Positions 17,063 through 24,982 are shown, numbered from the stretch's first letter. The stretch is DNA of 44,644 nt from an uncultured Clostridia bacterium (GCA_944372565.1 CALVZR010000120.1:1-44644), one strand, 5' to 3'. The notes: a model not told the origin generated them from the sequence alone. Made by a program: numbers and translations.

Positions 17063-17380
17063 TCACAGAAAATCCTCCAGATCCCGCACCTTTTTTTGAA
17101 TTTTCTTGCTTGCCCGCGTATAAGATACGCCGAGCGTTTCGGCAATCAGTTCGGCAGCCCGAAACGGACCGACGCAGTGCGCCTTGGAGGATTTTCCCTC
17201 TTTTTCGATAACCGCCCATAAATCGTCGATCCCCTTTTGCGAATCGATCTCCTCGGCGGAGGATGTTTGGGATAATGCGATCTCGGCGCAGTCTATCACC
17301 TCTTTGAGCAGTTCCTTTTTTACGTCGTCGTGCGTTTCGATATCCTGTAAAAGCATCTCGATGTATTCGTGTTTATTCAT
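17063..17380 (-). CDS. Hypothetical early protein
   Basis: ORF trimmed to the ATG at 17380, which forms an ATGA overlap with the upstream stop. 105 aa. Confidence 0.55.
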   Translation of the reverse strand: MNKHEYIEMLLQDIETHDDVKKELLKEVIDCAEIALSQTSSAEEIDSQKGIDDLWAVIEKEGKSSKAHCVGPFRAAELIAETLGVSYTRASKKIQKKVRDLEDFL

Positions 17381-18249
17381 AAACCGTACTCCTCCATTAC
17401 GCTGCGAAGCGCCGCTTTGCATTTCGTTTTCTTTTCCTGTTCCATTTCCGCCAAAAGTTCTAAAATTTCATTCAGCACGGTTTGCAGATCTTCGAATTTG
17501 ACTTTGAATTTCACCAAATTCTGATCTGCCGCGATCTCCAGTTTTTTCGTGACGGCAGCGAGCTCCTCTTCGGCTGCGCTGAGCGCCTTCTTCGTTTTTT
17601 CGAGTTCCGCCGCCGTTTCGGGGTTCTCTATTTTTTCCACGGTCGGCGGCAAAGACTCGATTTCTTCGATTTTTCTTTTCAGCGCATCGCGTTCTTCTTC
17701 GAGCTTTTTTGCCTTTTTTCGTTCTTCCTGCGTTTCCTTCTCTGTTTTTTTCAGCTTGTCCGCGGCATCTTCTTTTTCCGTTTCGAGCATTGAAAGCTGC
17801 TCCGTATGCTGTTCTTTCTCCCTTTCGAGTTCTTCTATTCTCGCTTTCAGTTCCCGCACGGTCATTTCATCCGATGCCGCGTTTTCGGTCAGTTTTGAAC
17901 GAATATCTTCCGGCGCGGATGCCAATAAAGAAAGTTTCGTTATCCCCAACTTTGCATTTGACTGCAAAAATTCATCCGTAAATTCGTCGAGAATCTTGAT
18001 GTAGTTGTATGCCTGCCGTTCCTTTATGCCGACGGCATCTTCCGCATATTTTCCGAAAGACGAGAATCCCGCCGCCGTGTAGAGTTCGGCGTCTTTCATT
18101 TTCTTCAGATTCCTCGCTAACTCCACAACGAACTGCCCCGCCATGTTCCCGCAGTACATAATTTCGTTGTGTACCTGCAAAAATCTCCGCTGCTCTTCGC
18201 TGGCGGACACCTCGCCGCCAAGCATCAACTGATTGAAAACTTCGTTCAT
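17377..18249 (-). CDS. DUF3102-like N-terminal domain plus long E/K coiled-coil protein
   Basis: 290 aa, RBS AAAGGAG. The C-terminal half is a strongly E/K/L heptad-like coiled coil. Family assignment is from recall only. Confidence 0.55.
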   Translation of the reverse strand: MNEVFNQLMLGGEVSASEEQRRFLQVHNEIMYCGNMAGQFVVELARNLKKMKDAELYTAAGFSSFGKYAEDAVGIKERQAYNYIKILDEFTDEFLQSNAKLGITKLSLLASAPEDIRSKLTENAASDEMTVRELKARIEELEREKEQHTEQLSMLETEKEDAADKLKKTEKETQEERKKAKKLEEERDALKRKIEEIESLPPTVEKIENPETAAELEKTKKALSAAEEELAAVTKKLEIAADQNLVKFKVKFEDLQTVLNEILELLAEMEQEKKTKCKAALRSVMEEYGL

Positions 18250-18503
18250 TTGTTTGACTCCTTTTCGTTTTTATTAAATCTGGCGTTAAATTCCGCCAAT
18301 TTTTTCGTGATTTCGTGTAATTCGAAAACCCATTCGGACTTTACCCATTTCGACTCTCCAAAACGGACCTCCGTTTCTCCTTCTTTGTTTATCAAAATGC
18401 CGGTGATCACCCCTTCCCGCACGATCGGATCATTCGAAACGGGGCTTTGTTCTATAATTGCCACTCGTTTTCCCAAAACGCTTTTATCTACAATGATTTC
18501 CAT
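18246..18503 (-). CDS. Hypothetical protein
   Basis: 85 aa, RBS GAGGGATGGG. Overlaps both neighbours. Confidence 0.5.
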   Translation of the reverse strand: MEIIVDKSVLGKRVAIIEQSPVSNDPIVREGVITGILINKEGETEVRFGESKWVKSEWVFELHEITKKLAEFNARFNKNEKESNK

Positions 18504-18666
18504 CGCCCATCCCTCTGACGGCCTTTCCCCAGTCTATGGGGATCTCCATATATTCGAGCTTGCCGTTTATATACCAGCGTTCCGCCGCCATAAACGGCGT
18601 TGCCCGCATTCCCATGCCTTTTACCGAATTTTTTCTACTCTTTGCGATCTCTTTGCCCTTTTTCAT
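18484..18666 (-). CDS. Hypothetical protein
   Basis: 60 aa, RBS GGAGAGGGTGA. Confidence 0.45.
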   Translation of the reverse strand: MKKGKEIAKSRKNSVKGMGMRATPFMAAERWYINGKLEYMEIPIDWGKAVRGMGDGNHCR

Positions 18667-18892
18667 TCTCGTTCACCCTCTCCTTTTCTTCGATCTTCTC
18701 TGCCTGCAAAAAGTCAAGCATACAGGCACAGCAGTTATTATTCATTGCTTCACAACGCTTTTGAAATTCGTGCTTGTAATCGCAAATGCAAGGCTTATTC
18801 ATCCAATCGCCAGATTCGCGGAGGTCGTGTCTGTTTATATATTTCGCAAATTCCTCATCGGGCAAAGATTGTATGTATTCACGGTTCGTCAT
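18635..18892 (-). CDS. Hypothetical Cys-rich protein
   Basis: 85 aa, RBS AAAGGAGAAGG. Several Cys residues (CICD, CCAC). Confidence 0.5.
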   Translation of the reverse strand: MTNREYIQSLPDEEFAKYINRHDLRESGDWMNKPCICDYKHEFQKRCEAMNNNCCACMLDFLQAEKIEEKERVNENEKGQRDRKE

Positions 18893-19236
18893 TTTCCTTC
18901 TCCTTTCGGTTCCGCGAGGCGGGCTTTTACAGCTTCTTCTGTCAAAAAAATACTTTTTCCGATTGCTCTTTCGTCAAAGGCGATTCCTGCCGTTTCAAAT
19001 ATTATACTTCTTATTCTGCTTGCATAAATATTTCCTGCATGATCATATTGATACACCGTATCTCCTACCTTACACGGCAACTCCACCGCCTTTTCCAACC
19101 TCTCGCACATGGTGGCGTTTTCGGCTTTGAGTCGGTATATATACGCAAGGGTTCCCGCGTAATCAAAGTTCATTACGTCCGTTGTCTTGCAAATTGCAAG
19201 CCGTTCAAGGCAACGCTCTATCATTTGTTCAGTCAT
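18889..19236 (-). CDS. Hypothetical protein
   Basis: ORF trimmed to the ATG at 19236 (ATGA overlap with the upstream stop; GGAGGAAG RBS). 115 aa. Confidence 0.55.
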   Translation of the reverse strand: MTEQMIERCLERLAICKTTDVMNFDYAGTLAYIYRLKAENATMCERLEKAVELPCKVGDTVYQYDHAGNIYASRIRSIIFETAGIAFDERAIGKSIFLTEEAVKARLAEPKGEGK

Positions 19237-19802
19237 TTTTCTTCCTCCACATAACACCACGACTGCGGCGGACGGGTGATTCGCTTATTGACGCGCCTCA
19301 CGCAATCGAAATTATGATTTTTGCAATAATCGTTCCAGCAACCTATTTCTTTGCCTGTTTCGCATGCAAAAGGGGTTCTAAACTCCGACAACTTTCTCGG
19401 CTTGTCAAACAGTTTCGTCTCGGTGATGTGCCAGCCGTAAAGAGACTTTCCGTTGCTGTATTCAAACATTTCTTCCGCTGTCAAACACGCTCCCGCATTA
19501 TAGCGTTTATGTTCAGCGACCTCTGCCCCGTTTACCTCAAACTTTGCGCACGCTATTGTTGCATAAGCGTATTCGTCAATCCTATCGCACACGAACGAGC
19601 CGATGACTTTTCCGCGCCCATAATATTTAATGTCGCAACCGTCGTAATGCTCAATATCGGTTGTTTTTGTTTCATACACATAAACAGTAAACGGCGTTTC
19701 CAACTTCGGCGCGGTCTTGCGCACCTCTATAGTCTTTTCCCCGTTAAAAATCTTCTCGCACCATTGAGGGCGAATACTCATTAAAATTGCTTTCATTTTC
19801 AA
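19233..19802 (-). CDS. ASCH (PUA-like) domain protein
   Basis: The N-terminal SIRPQWCEKIFNGEKTIEVRK is typical of ASCH domains. The ORF-track start at 19802 is TTG; an ATG at 19796 is the alternative. Confidence 0.7.
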   Translation of the reverse strand: MKMKAILMSIRPQWCEKIFNGEKTIEVRKTAPKLETPFTVYVYETKTTDIEHYDGCDIKYYGRGKVIGSFVCDRIDEYAYATIACAKFEVNGAEVAEHKRYNAGACLTAEEMFEYSNGKSLYGWHITETKLFDKPRKLSEFRTPFACETGKEIGCWNDYCKNHNFDCVRRVNKRITRPPQSWCYVEEEK

Positions 19803-19830
19803 TACCTGATAACTCCCTTTCCGTAAAGTT

Positions 19831-20064
19831 TTACAGCCCTTCTATTGTGTCGCGCGTCAACGCGATCAGCGAATCCGCAGTCACGCAACGTTCACGCTTA
19901 TATCCGTTCACATGCGTGATAAGAACGACCTCCTCGCCCGTATCCTGATCCTTTATGTACTCCGCTTTGGCAACATTGATGCCCGCCGCCCGTAAAAGCG
20001 GAGAAAGATAGTCTGACACAAATTTTTCTTTCTGTTTGCTTTCTTCAGTTGCTAAATCTTTCAT
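19831..20064 (-). CDS. Hypothetical protein
   Basis: ORF trimmed to the ATG at 20064, preceded by GGAGGAAGAAG. 77 aa. Confidence 0.5.
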   Translation of the reverse strand: MKDLATEESKQKEKFVSDYLSPLLRAAGINVAKAEYIKDQDTGEEVVLITHVNGYKRERCVTADSLIALTRDTIEGL

Positions 20065-20695
20065 CTTCTTCCTCCAAATATACTTTTCGGATTTTCTCCC
20101 ATTCTTTATCAAACACAAGCCCCCAATTATTTAACTCGTCTTTGTCTGGCTTCTCGTTGTATGTTACTTCGCCGATATAACGCTGTCCTTGCGAATACGT
20201 GTCGTAAGATACATATCCGGCGGGAATCACCCCTCCCGCTGGTGGACGATGCGTACAGAAATAACGATATTTTCCCTTCGCCGCAATCGCCTTTTTTAAT
20301 ATATCCGTATATGTCGCCGCGCGTAAAACCTGTTTTCCGATGCGTTTTGTGTAATATTCCGATGTAAAAAAATACCAAGTTACGCGATATACTAAATCGT
20401 CATATTCGTCTGTATCCCAAAACGCATGAGCTCTTGCTTCGTATGTATATTTAACCGAGTCGTAAACTTTATCGCCATATCCGCAATGTTCATATGCATT
20501 TTCGTATTCATACTCTTCAGAATCTTCGCCTTGCTTTATTTTTTCGGCTATAGCTTTTATTTCGTCGGGTATATATTCCCTCCCGAAAACCAAAGAATAT
20601 TCTCTGATTAAACGATTCGCAGTCCGAACCAGCGTATTTTTTGTTTTTTCGCCATTGGATATCGGATATCCTTTATCAAAAAACTTTTCTATCAT
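20045..20695 (-). CDS. Hypothetical protein (acidic middle region, C-terminal RPPAGGVIPAG motif)
   Basis: 216 aa, RBS AGAGGTGAG, ATGA overlap with the upstream stop. No confident family. Confidence 0.6.
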   Translation of the reverse strand: MIEKFFDKGYPISNGEKTKNTLVRTANRLIREYSLVFGREYIPDEIKAIAEKIKQGEDSEEYEYENAYEHCGYGDKVYDSVKYTYEARAHAFWDTDEYDDLVYRVTWYFFTSEYYTKRIGKQVLRAATYTDILKKAIAAKGKYRYFCTHRPPAGGVIPAGYVSYDTYSQGQRYIGEVTYNEKPDKDELNNWGLVFDKEWEKIRKVYLEEEDERFSN

Positions 20696-20895
20696 TTCTC
20701 ACCTCTTAAAACGGCTGACAACCTTTCTTTAATATCCGCCGCCGCTTCGGTATAAAACTTTGCCGGTTCCAATACGCCCATTTTTATCCATCCCCTTCTT
20801 GCGTTCTCCGCATCGAGCAGCGCGGCGCTCAATTCTTCGGTGTTCGTACACCGCGCGACTTTGCGCTTCAAATAACTTTCCGAATATACAGCCAT
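20692..20895 (-). CDS. Hypothetical protein
   Basis: ORF trimmed to the ATG at 20895, preceded by GGAGGAATAGGA. The upstream gene stops at 20898. 67 aa. Confidence 0.5.
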   Translation of the reverse strand: MAVYSESYLKRKVARCTNTEELSAALLDAENARRGWIKMGVLEPAKFYTEAAADIKERLSAVLRGEK

Positions 20896-20897
20896 TC

Positions 20898-21359
20898 CTA
20901 TTCCTCCAAAGAAAAACCCGCCGCCCGCAGTGTGTTTGCGATCGTCTGAAGGTCTGCGTTCATCCAAACAAAAATATCAATGAAACTTGACCAGATCATA
21001 GACTTCGCTCCCGACTTCCTTTCGAGGTTTTTGCAACTTTCGAAAAATATTTCGTAAATCAAATCGTCCGTCGGATTCGCATGCATATTCCGCCCCGCTT
21101 CCAGGGCCGCTAAAACGTCGCCTATCGGTATGCTTTTCTGTTTTGGGGCGCAAAAAGGCACGCCGCCTCCAACGCGATCGGCGTGCGCCGTTTTTATCCG
21201 TTCCTCCACCAGCTCAAAGGAACTGTTTAAAACACGCCGGGAAATTTTCGTCAATCTGCCGTTTTCGTACTCTATGCAGATCTCTGTCACGCCGCCTTCC
21301 TCTCTTGCGATTACGGTAACGATTTTTCCGTTCACTTTATCCCCGTATGTTTCTATCAT
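20898..21359 (-). CDS. Hypothetical early protein
   Basis: The ORF-track start at 21398 has no RBS. The ATG at 21359 is preceded by AAGGGGT and is used here. Confidence 0.5.
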   Translation of the reverse strand: MIETYGDKVNGKIVTVIAREEGGVTEICIEYENGRLTKISRRVLNSSFELVEERIKTAHADRVGGGVPFCAPKQKSIPIGDVLAALEAGRNMHANPTDDLIYEIFFESCKNLERKSGAKSMIWSSFIDIFVWMNADLQTIANTLRAAGFSLEE

Positions 21360-21399
21360 TGCTTTTACCCCTTTTATTTTTTTGCTGCAAAATGCCATT

Positions 21400-21600
21400 C
21401 TACAGAATATCCGATACAGTGCATTTCAATGCTTCTGCTAATTTGAGCAAAATATCTTTTCTTGGAAACCTATATCCGCTTTCATAAAAATAGATTGTCT
21501 GATTATCGACTCCGATAATTTTTGCAAGTTCGGTTTGCGTCATCCCTGCATTCATTCTTTTCGTCTTTAATTTGTTCATCGGCGAATATTTTTTAATCAT
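21400..21600 (-). CDS. Cro-like XRE-family helix-turn-helix regulator
   Basis: Helix-turn-helix MTQTELAKIIGVDNQTIYFYESG. The ATG at 21600 is preceded by GGAGGATGAA; the ORF-track start at 21612 lacks an RBS. First gene of the leftward early operon. Confidence 0.8.
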   Translation of the reverse strand: MIKKYSPMNKLKTKRMNAGMTQTELAKIIGVDNQTIYFYESGYRFPRKDILLKLAEALKCTVSDIL

Positions 21601-21612
21601 TTCATCCTCCAT

Positions 21613-21685
21613 TTTCTCACTATTTGTTAGTATTTTATAACACTATGTGAGTATTGTCAAGTATTTTATAACTATTTGTGAGAAA
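21613..21685. repeat. Operator-like repeats of the cro/cI switch
   Basis: The inverted pair TTTCTCAC (21613-21620) and GTGAGAAA (21678-21685) brackets two 22-nt direct repeats, GTATTTTATAAC..GTGAG, at 21630-21651 and 21661-21682. These are identical over the first 12 and last 5 nt. Confidence 0.6.
21632..21660 (-). promoter_or_regulatory. Candidate leftward early promoter (P_cro)
   Basis: On the minus strand: TTGACA (21660..21655), a 17-nt spacer, then TAAAAT (21637..21632). Overlaps the operator repeats. Confidence 0.55.
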
Positions 21686-21708
21686 TTTTTGTATTTTTCT
21701 TTTTCATC

Positions 21709-21737
21709 TTGTCAATAATCTAACAATATGTTATAAT
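21709..21737 (+). promoter_or_regulatory. Candidate rightward repressor promoter (P_cI)
   Basis: TTGTCA (21709-21714), a 17-nt spacer, then TATAAT (21732-21737). AAAGGAGAAAA RBS, then the ATG at 21760. Confidence 0.65.
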
Positions 21738-21759
21738 ATTAAAAAGGAGAAAATGAAAA

Positions 21760-22158
21760 ATGTCTCTCGGTAAAAGAATCAAAGAATTACGGAAAACCAA
21801 AAATTTAACTCAAATTGAATTTGCCAAACTCTTTCAAATTTCGAGCGGCACTATTGCCATGTGGGAAACCGATAAACGGCAGCCTGATTTTACTACATTG
21901 CAAAAACTTGCCGATTTTTTCGGCGTTTCTACCGATTATCTTCTCAGCAGAACGGAAAACGCACTTGACCGCCGCCCCGCTTCGGATATCGCGGAAAATT
22001 TTATAAAGGAGTTTGGGGAACTTTTTTCGGATGAAAATTTTCAAAAACTGGCAGGGATTTATAAAGTTATGAATGAGATTCAACGCCGCGAGATTTTATT
22101 ATATTTGATCGGCTACGCCCGCGGTGCGGGAATAGATACAAAAATCATCGGATATTAA
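21760..22158 (+). CDS. CI-like XRE-family repressor
   Basis: N-terminal helix-turn-helix LTQIEFAKLFQISSGTIAMWETDKRQP. Divergent from the cro-like gene across the operator region. Confidence 0.85.
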   Translation: MSLGKRIKELRKTKNLTQIEFAKLFQISSGTIAMWETDKRQPDFTTLQKLADFFGVSTDYLLSRTENALDRRPASDIAENFIKEFGELFSDENFQKLAGIYKVMNEIQRREILLYLIGYARGAGIDTKIIGY

Positions 22159-22174
22159 AAACGGGGGTGAAAAT

Positions 22175-23335
22175 ATGAAGTGGTTTCGTAATTTAGAGAA
22201 ATGGGAAAAAGTTGTTTTGATTTTTGCGGCATTAGTGTTGTGCGGTATTTTTTCGATTATTGAAATCATCTGGCTTTCGACCATTTTTCTTATTATTGCA
22301 GTTTTACTTATAGTTTTTACTATCCGCACAGAAAAACTTAAAAAGAATAAACACAATAACCCTGATTTTGATGAAGAACGCCCGCGGACGCAGCCCCTGA
22401 TCGTTCCTTATCAAGTAAAAACTTACGCATTGGATGAAATCGACGGAAACAACGGAAGGCGTTCGAGAAAGAACATTATCAGGCGTATGTATTGGAATGA
22501 CGGGGATTATGAAATACTTTACCCTCGCGTTATCACTTTAAGCGCCGAAAATAATAAATACGACGTTTTTGTAAACGGCGAAAAAATAGGCGCCATTCCC
22601 GAAAAATATACTTGGGAAGTAAGACTCATCTATAACAGGATCGTGAAAATCGATATGTATATAGAACACGAACGCGAACCGGGAAATACGCTTTACGAAC
22701 CGGTGATAACTCTACACTATTATACGGAAAACAGTTTAGCGGAAAATCCGAACTTCCTTTATAAAAACCAGGGAAAAAGACTTTCGACTTACTCTTCTCC
22801 CTGTTTTCTCGACGAATATATCGTGATCGATATAGAAACAACCGGGTTAAATCCTTTAACGGACGACATCCTCGAAATCGCCGCTTTACATATAAAAACC
22901 GGATCTGTGGCAGACAGTTTTTCCGAATTTGTTTATTCTGATAAAATAACCGAAAAATCGATGGAAATCAACCACATCACTCCAGCACGGGTGGCTAATG
23001 CCCGCAAATGTTCGGAAGTATTAAAAGATTTTACGAATTTTATTTCCGAGTTGCCGCTGATCGGTCATAATATTTGCTTTGACCTGAGTTTTATTCGCAC
23101 AAAGATTTCTATCGATAATTCTTTCGATGATACCTGTGCGCTAAGCAAAAGATATCTATGCGACGGTAAATACGGCATCATGCTTGAGAATTGCAAACTC
23201 CCTACAGTTTGCGCCGCATTAAACATTTCTTTCGTTCCGAATCATCGCGCTTTGGACGACTGCAAATGCACATTTGAGTGCTATGAAAAAATAAAAGGCA
23301 TTTTAAATCAGCCCGAAGAGGCTGTAAGCCTTTAA
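22175..23335 (+). CDS. Membrane-anchored protein with C-terminal DEDDh (DnaQ/epsilon-like) 3'-5' exonuclease domain
   Basis: Two N-terminal hydrophobic helices (aa ~13-50) flanked by K/R residues. Exo motifs: IVIDIETTG (D219, E221), GHNICFD (D303) and HRALDD (H357, D362). Starts 16 nt after the cI stop, with a GGGGGTGA RBS. Confidence 0.8.
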   Translation: MKWFRNLEKWEKVVLIFAALVLCGIFSIIEIIWLSTIFLIIAVLLIVFTIRTEKLKKNKHNNPDFDEERPRTQPLIVPYQVKTYALDEIDGNNGRRSRKNIIRRMYWNDGDYEILYPRVITLSAENNKYDVFVNGEKIGAIPEKYTWEVRLIYNRIVKIDMYIEHEREPGNTLYEPVITLHYYTENSLAENPNFLYKNQGKRLSTYSSPCFLDEYIVIDIETTGLNPLTDDILEIAALHIKTGSVADSFSEFVYSDKITEKSMEINHITPARVANARKCSEVLKDFTNFISELPLIGHNICFDLSFIRTKISIDNSFDDTCALSKRYLCDGKYGIMLENCKLPTVCAALNISFVPNHRALDDCKCTFECYEKIKGILNQPEEAVSL

Positions 23336-23354
23336 AAAAATGTCATAAACCTAT

Positions 23355-23382
23355 TTATCATCCTTCTTTTCCGCGATATAAT
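23355..23382 (+). promoter_or_regulatory. Possible integrase promoter
   Basis: TTATCA, a 16-nt spacer, then TATAAT upstream of the int RBS. The -35 element is weak. Confidence 0.3.
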
Positions 23383-23417
23383 GAAAGTCCACAACTTAAG
23401 GAGGAGGATGATGTACA

Positions 23418-24635
23418 ATGGACAAGTTTATTCAGGAATGCCTTTCTGTCCTTTCCGGCGCGGCCCGAAACATACAATCGGCAGTGATCGGATTATCCGG
23501 TTATTTTTCCGGTATGGACTATGCGGAAAAAGCGCGCGGCGAACCGCCGCCACGAATTTTAATCGAAAATAAAACAGAGCAAGTTTCGGAGTTTTTAGAA
23601 TTTACCGAAAAGGAGATTTTGAAAATGCCGAAAGAATTTAGAAAATTATTTAAAACAAAAGGAGGCGCTGCCCATATACGAAAAAAGAAAAACGGAGTTT
23701 ATGAGATCCGACGCATGATCGACGGCGTAAATTATTACGCCGCGTCAAAGAACCTTGCTTTGGCAAAGAAAAAATTTATCGACATACTGAATCAAATTCC
23801 TACTGCCGCCGCCGTTACAATACAGCGGCCGTCCGTAAAACTATTTAAGGATTGGATCGACGACTGGTTGGAAATCGTTAAAAAGCCCAAAATCAAAGAG
23901 GTTACTTTCCTTAATTATCGCAACTACATCGATAAGCATATTATCCCGAAATTCGGGGATGCAGACGTGAAAAGCGTGATGTCGATAGATATTCAGCAAT
24001 TTATCAATTCTTACGGAGAAAGCAGGACCGCACAACGCATTTATGAAGTAATGACCAGTTTTTATACATACGCCGAAAACGCGGGGATAATCGACCGTTC
24101 CCCCATGCGCGTCATCGGAAAGCCCCTGCATTATGTCGAGGAAAAAAAGCCCTTAACTTTGGCGGAAGAAAAAGCGTTTGTGGAAACGCTTTTTTCAAAT
24201 TCCAATCCGTATCGATATGTTTTCGTCGTCATGCTTTACGCGGGGTTACGCCGTTCCGAAGTGAAAACGAGCGTAATTGATGAAAATTGGATCACGGTAA
24301 AATGCGCAAAGCAGCGCCGAGGACAGCCGGTAAAGTTCCGCAAAATACCCGTTTCGCCTATGTTACGTAAATTTTTCCCGATCGGCACGTTTCCAAACGT
24401 AGGCGATGACGTCTTGACGCGCGTATTCAAAAAAATTTGCCCGAATCATAATCTGCACGAGCTGCGGCACACCTTCAACTCTCGGGCCAGAGAGTGCGGC
24501 GTTCCGAAAGAACTTGTTCAAAAATGGTGCGGGCACAAGCCACCGAGCCGGGATGTAAACGAATCCGTTTATATGCATTATTCAGATGAATATCAGTTAA
24601 GGGAAATAAAAAAAGTAGAATATACTTACGAATAG
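23418..24635 (+). CDS. int: Tyrosine recombinase / phage integrase
   Basis: Catalytic signature: AGLRRSE (Arg), HELRHTF (H-x-x-R) and a C-terminal VYMHY Tyr. GGAGGAGG lies before the ATG at 23418. An alternative start at 23625 (AAGGAGA RBS) would remove a 69-aa N-terminal extension. Confidence 0.9.
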   Translation: MDKFIQECLSVLSGAARNIQSAVIGLSGYFSGMDYAEKARGEPPPRILIENKTEQVSEFLEFTEKEILKMPKEFRKLFKTKGGAAHIRKKKNGVYEIRRMIDGVNYYAASKNLALAKKKFIDILNQIPTAAAVTIQRPSVKLFKDWIDDWLEIVKKPKIKEVTFLNYRNYIDKHIIPKFGDADVKSVMSIDIQQFINSYGESRTAQRIYEVMTSFYTYAENAGIIDRSPMRVIGKPLHYVEEKKPLTLAEEKAFVETLFSNSNPYRYVFVVMLYAGLRRSEVKTSVIDENWITVKCAKQRRGQPVKFRKIPVSPMLRKFFPIGTFPNVGDDVLTRVFKKICPNHNLHELRHTFNSRARECGVPKELVQKWCGHKPPSRDVNESVYMHYSDEYQLREIKKVEYTYE

Positions 24636-24641
24636 CGCGGA

Positions 24642-24665
24642 TTTAGTCCCAAATTCAGTCCCAAA
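24642..24665. repeat. Tandem 12-mers TTTAGTCCCAAA / TTCAGTCCCAAA (candidate integrase/Xis arm-type sites)
   Basis: Two adjacent 12-nt units, 11/12 identical, starting 7 nt after the int stop, between int and the tRNA 3' end. Confidence 0.4.
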
Positions 24666-24685
24666 AACTATTCAAAAGAATGCAG

Positions 24686-24737
24686 AATTAAAAAAGAAAA
24701 AGCACCTTTGCGATATAAAAACATATCACAAAGGTGC
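24686..24737 (-). terminator. Rho-independent terminator downstream of tRNA-Ala(GGC)
   Basis: 15-bp stem (one mismatch): GCACCTTTGTGATAT / ATATCGCAAAGGTGC. On the minus strand it is followed by TTTTTCTTTTTTAATT. Confidence 0.8.
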
Positions 24738-24741
24738 GATT

Positions 24742-24817
<76 letters not shown>

Positions 24818-24822
24818 GCTAA

Positions 24823-24855
24823 AAAATTAACGCTTGACGCGCAAGCGTTAATTTT
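24823..24855 (-). terminator. Strong hairpin with T-run between the two tRNA-Ala genes
   Basis: Perfect 12-bp stem AATTAACGCTTG / CAAGCGTTAATT (extendable to 14 bp) with a 5-nt loop. On the minus strand it is followed by TTTTTAGC. Confidence 0.55.
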
Positions 24856-24860
24856 CAATT

Positions 24861-24936
24861 TGGTGGAGATAAGGGGATTCGAACCCCTGGCCTATGCGTT
24901 GCGAACGCATCGCTCTACCAACTGAGCCATATCCCC
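24861..24936 (-). tRNA. tRNA-Ala (anticodon CGC)
   Basis: 76 nt: GGGGATA-TG-GCTC..GAGC. Anticodon arm ATGCG-TTCGCAA-CGCAT, T-arm GGGG-TTCGAAT-CCCC, G3-U70 pair, encoded CCA. Confidence 0.93.
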
Positions 24937-24953
24937 GCCCCGTTAGCATTGTT

Positions 24954-24982
24954 ATTTTACTACGACTTAAAAAAATAGTCAA
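24954..24982 (-). promoter_or_regulatory. Promoter of the tRNA-Ala genes
   Basis: On the minus strand: TTGACT, a 17-nt spacer, then TAAAAT. The -10 hexamer ends 17 nt upstream of the tRNA-Ala(CGC) 5' end. Confidence 0.65.

Larger units (their letters stand above)
1..24741. mobile_element. Temperate siphovirus-like prophage (partial; left end outside window) integrated beside tRNA-Ala(GGC)
   Basis: A contiguous phage late operon, early genes, a cro/cI switch and an integrase that ends 106 nt from a tRNA 3' end. Visibly more AT-rich than the DNA right of 25 kb. The exact right boundary (att core) cannot be set without the other end. Confidence 0.9.

Noticed and set aside
18169-19254. 361-aa plus-strand ORF spanning four minus-strand early genes
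   Set aside because: It has no RBS and a Ser/Phe/Cys-rich, unnatural composition. Each minus-strand gene it overlaps has its own strong GGAGG-type RBS and coupled start/stop overlaps.
23418-23624. 69-aa N-terminal extension of the integrase considered as a separate excisionase-like gene
   Set aside because: It is in frame with int and has no stop. Both the ATG at 23418 and the ATG at 23625 have good RBSs, and sequence alone cannot decide between them. No helix-turn-helix or Xis-like motif was recognised.
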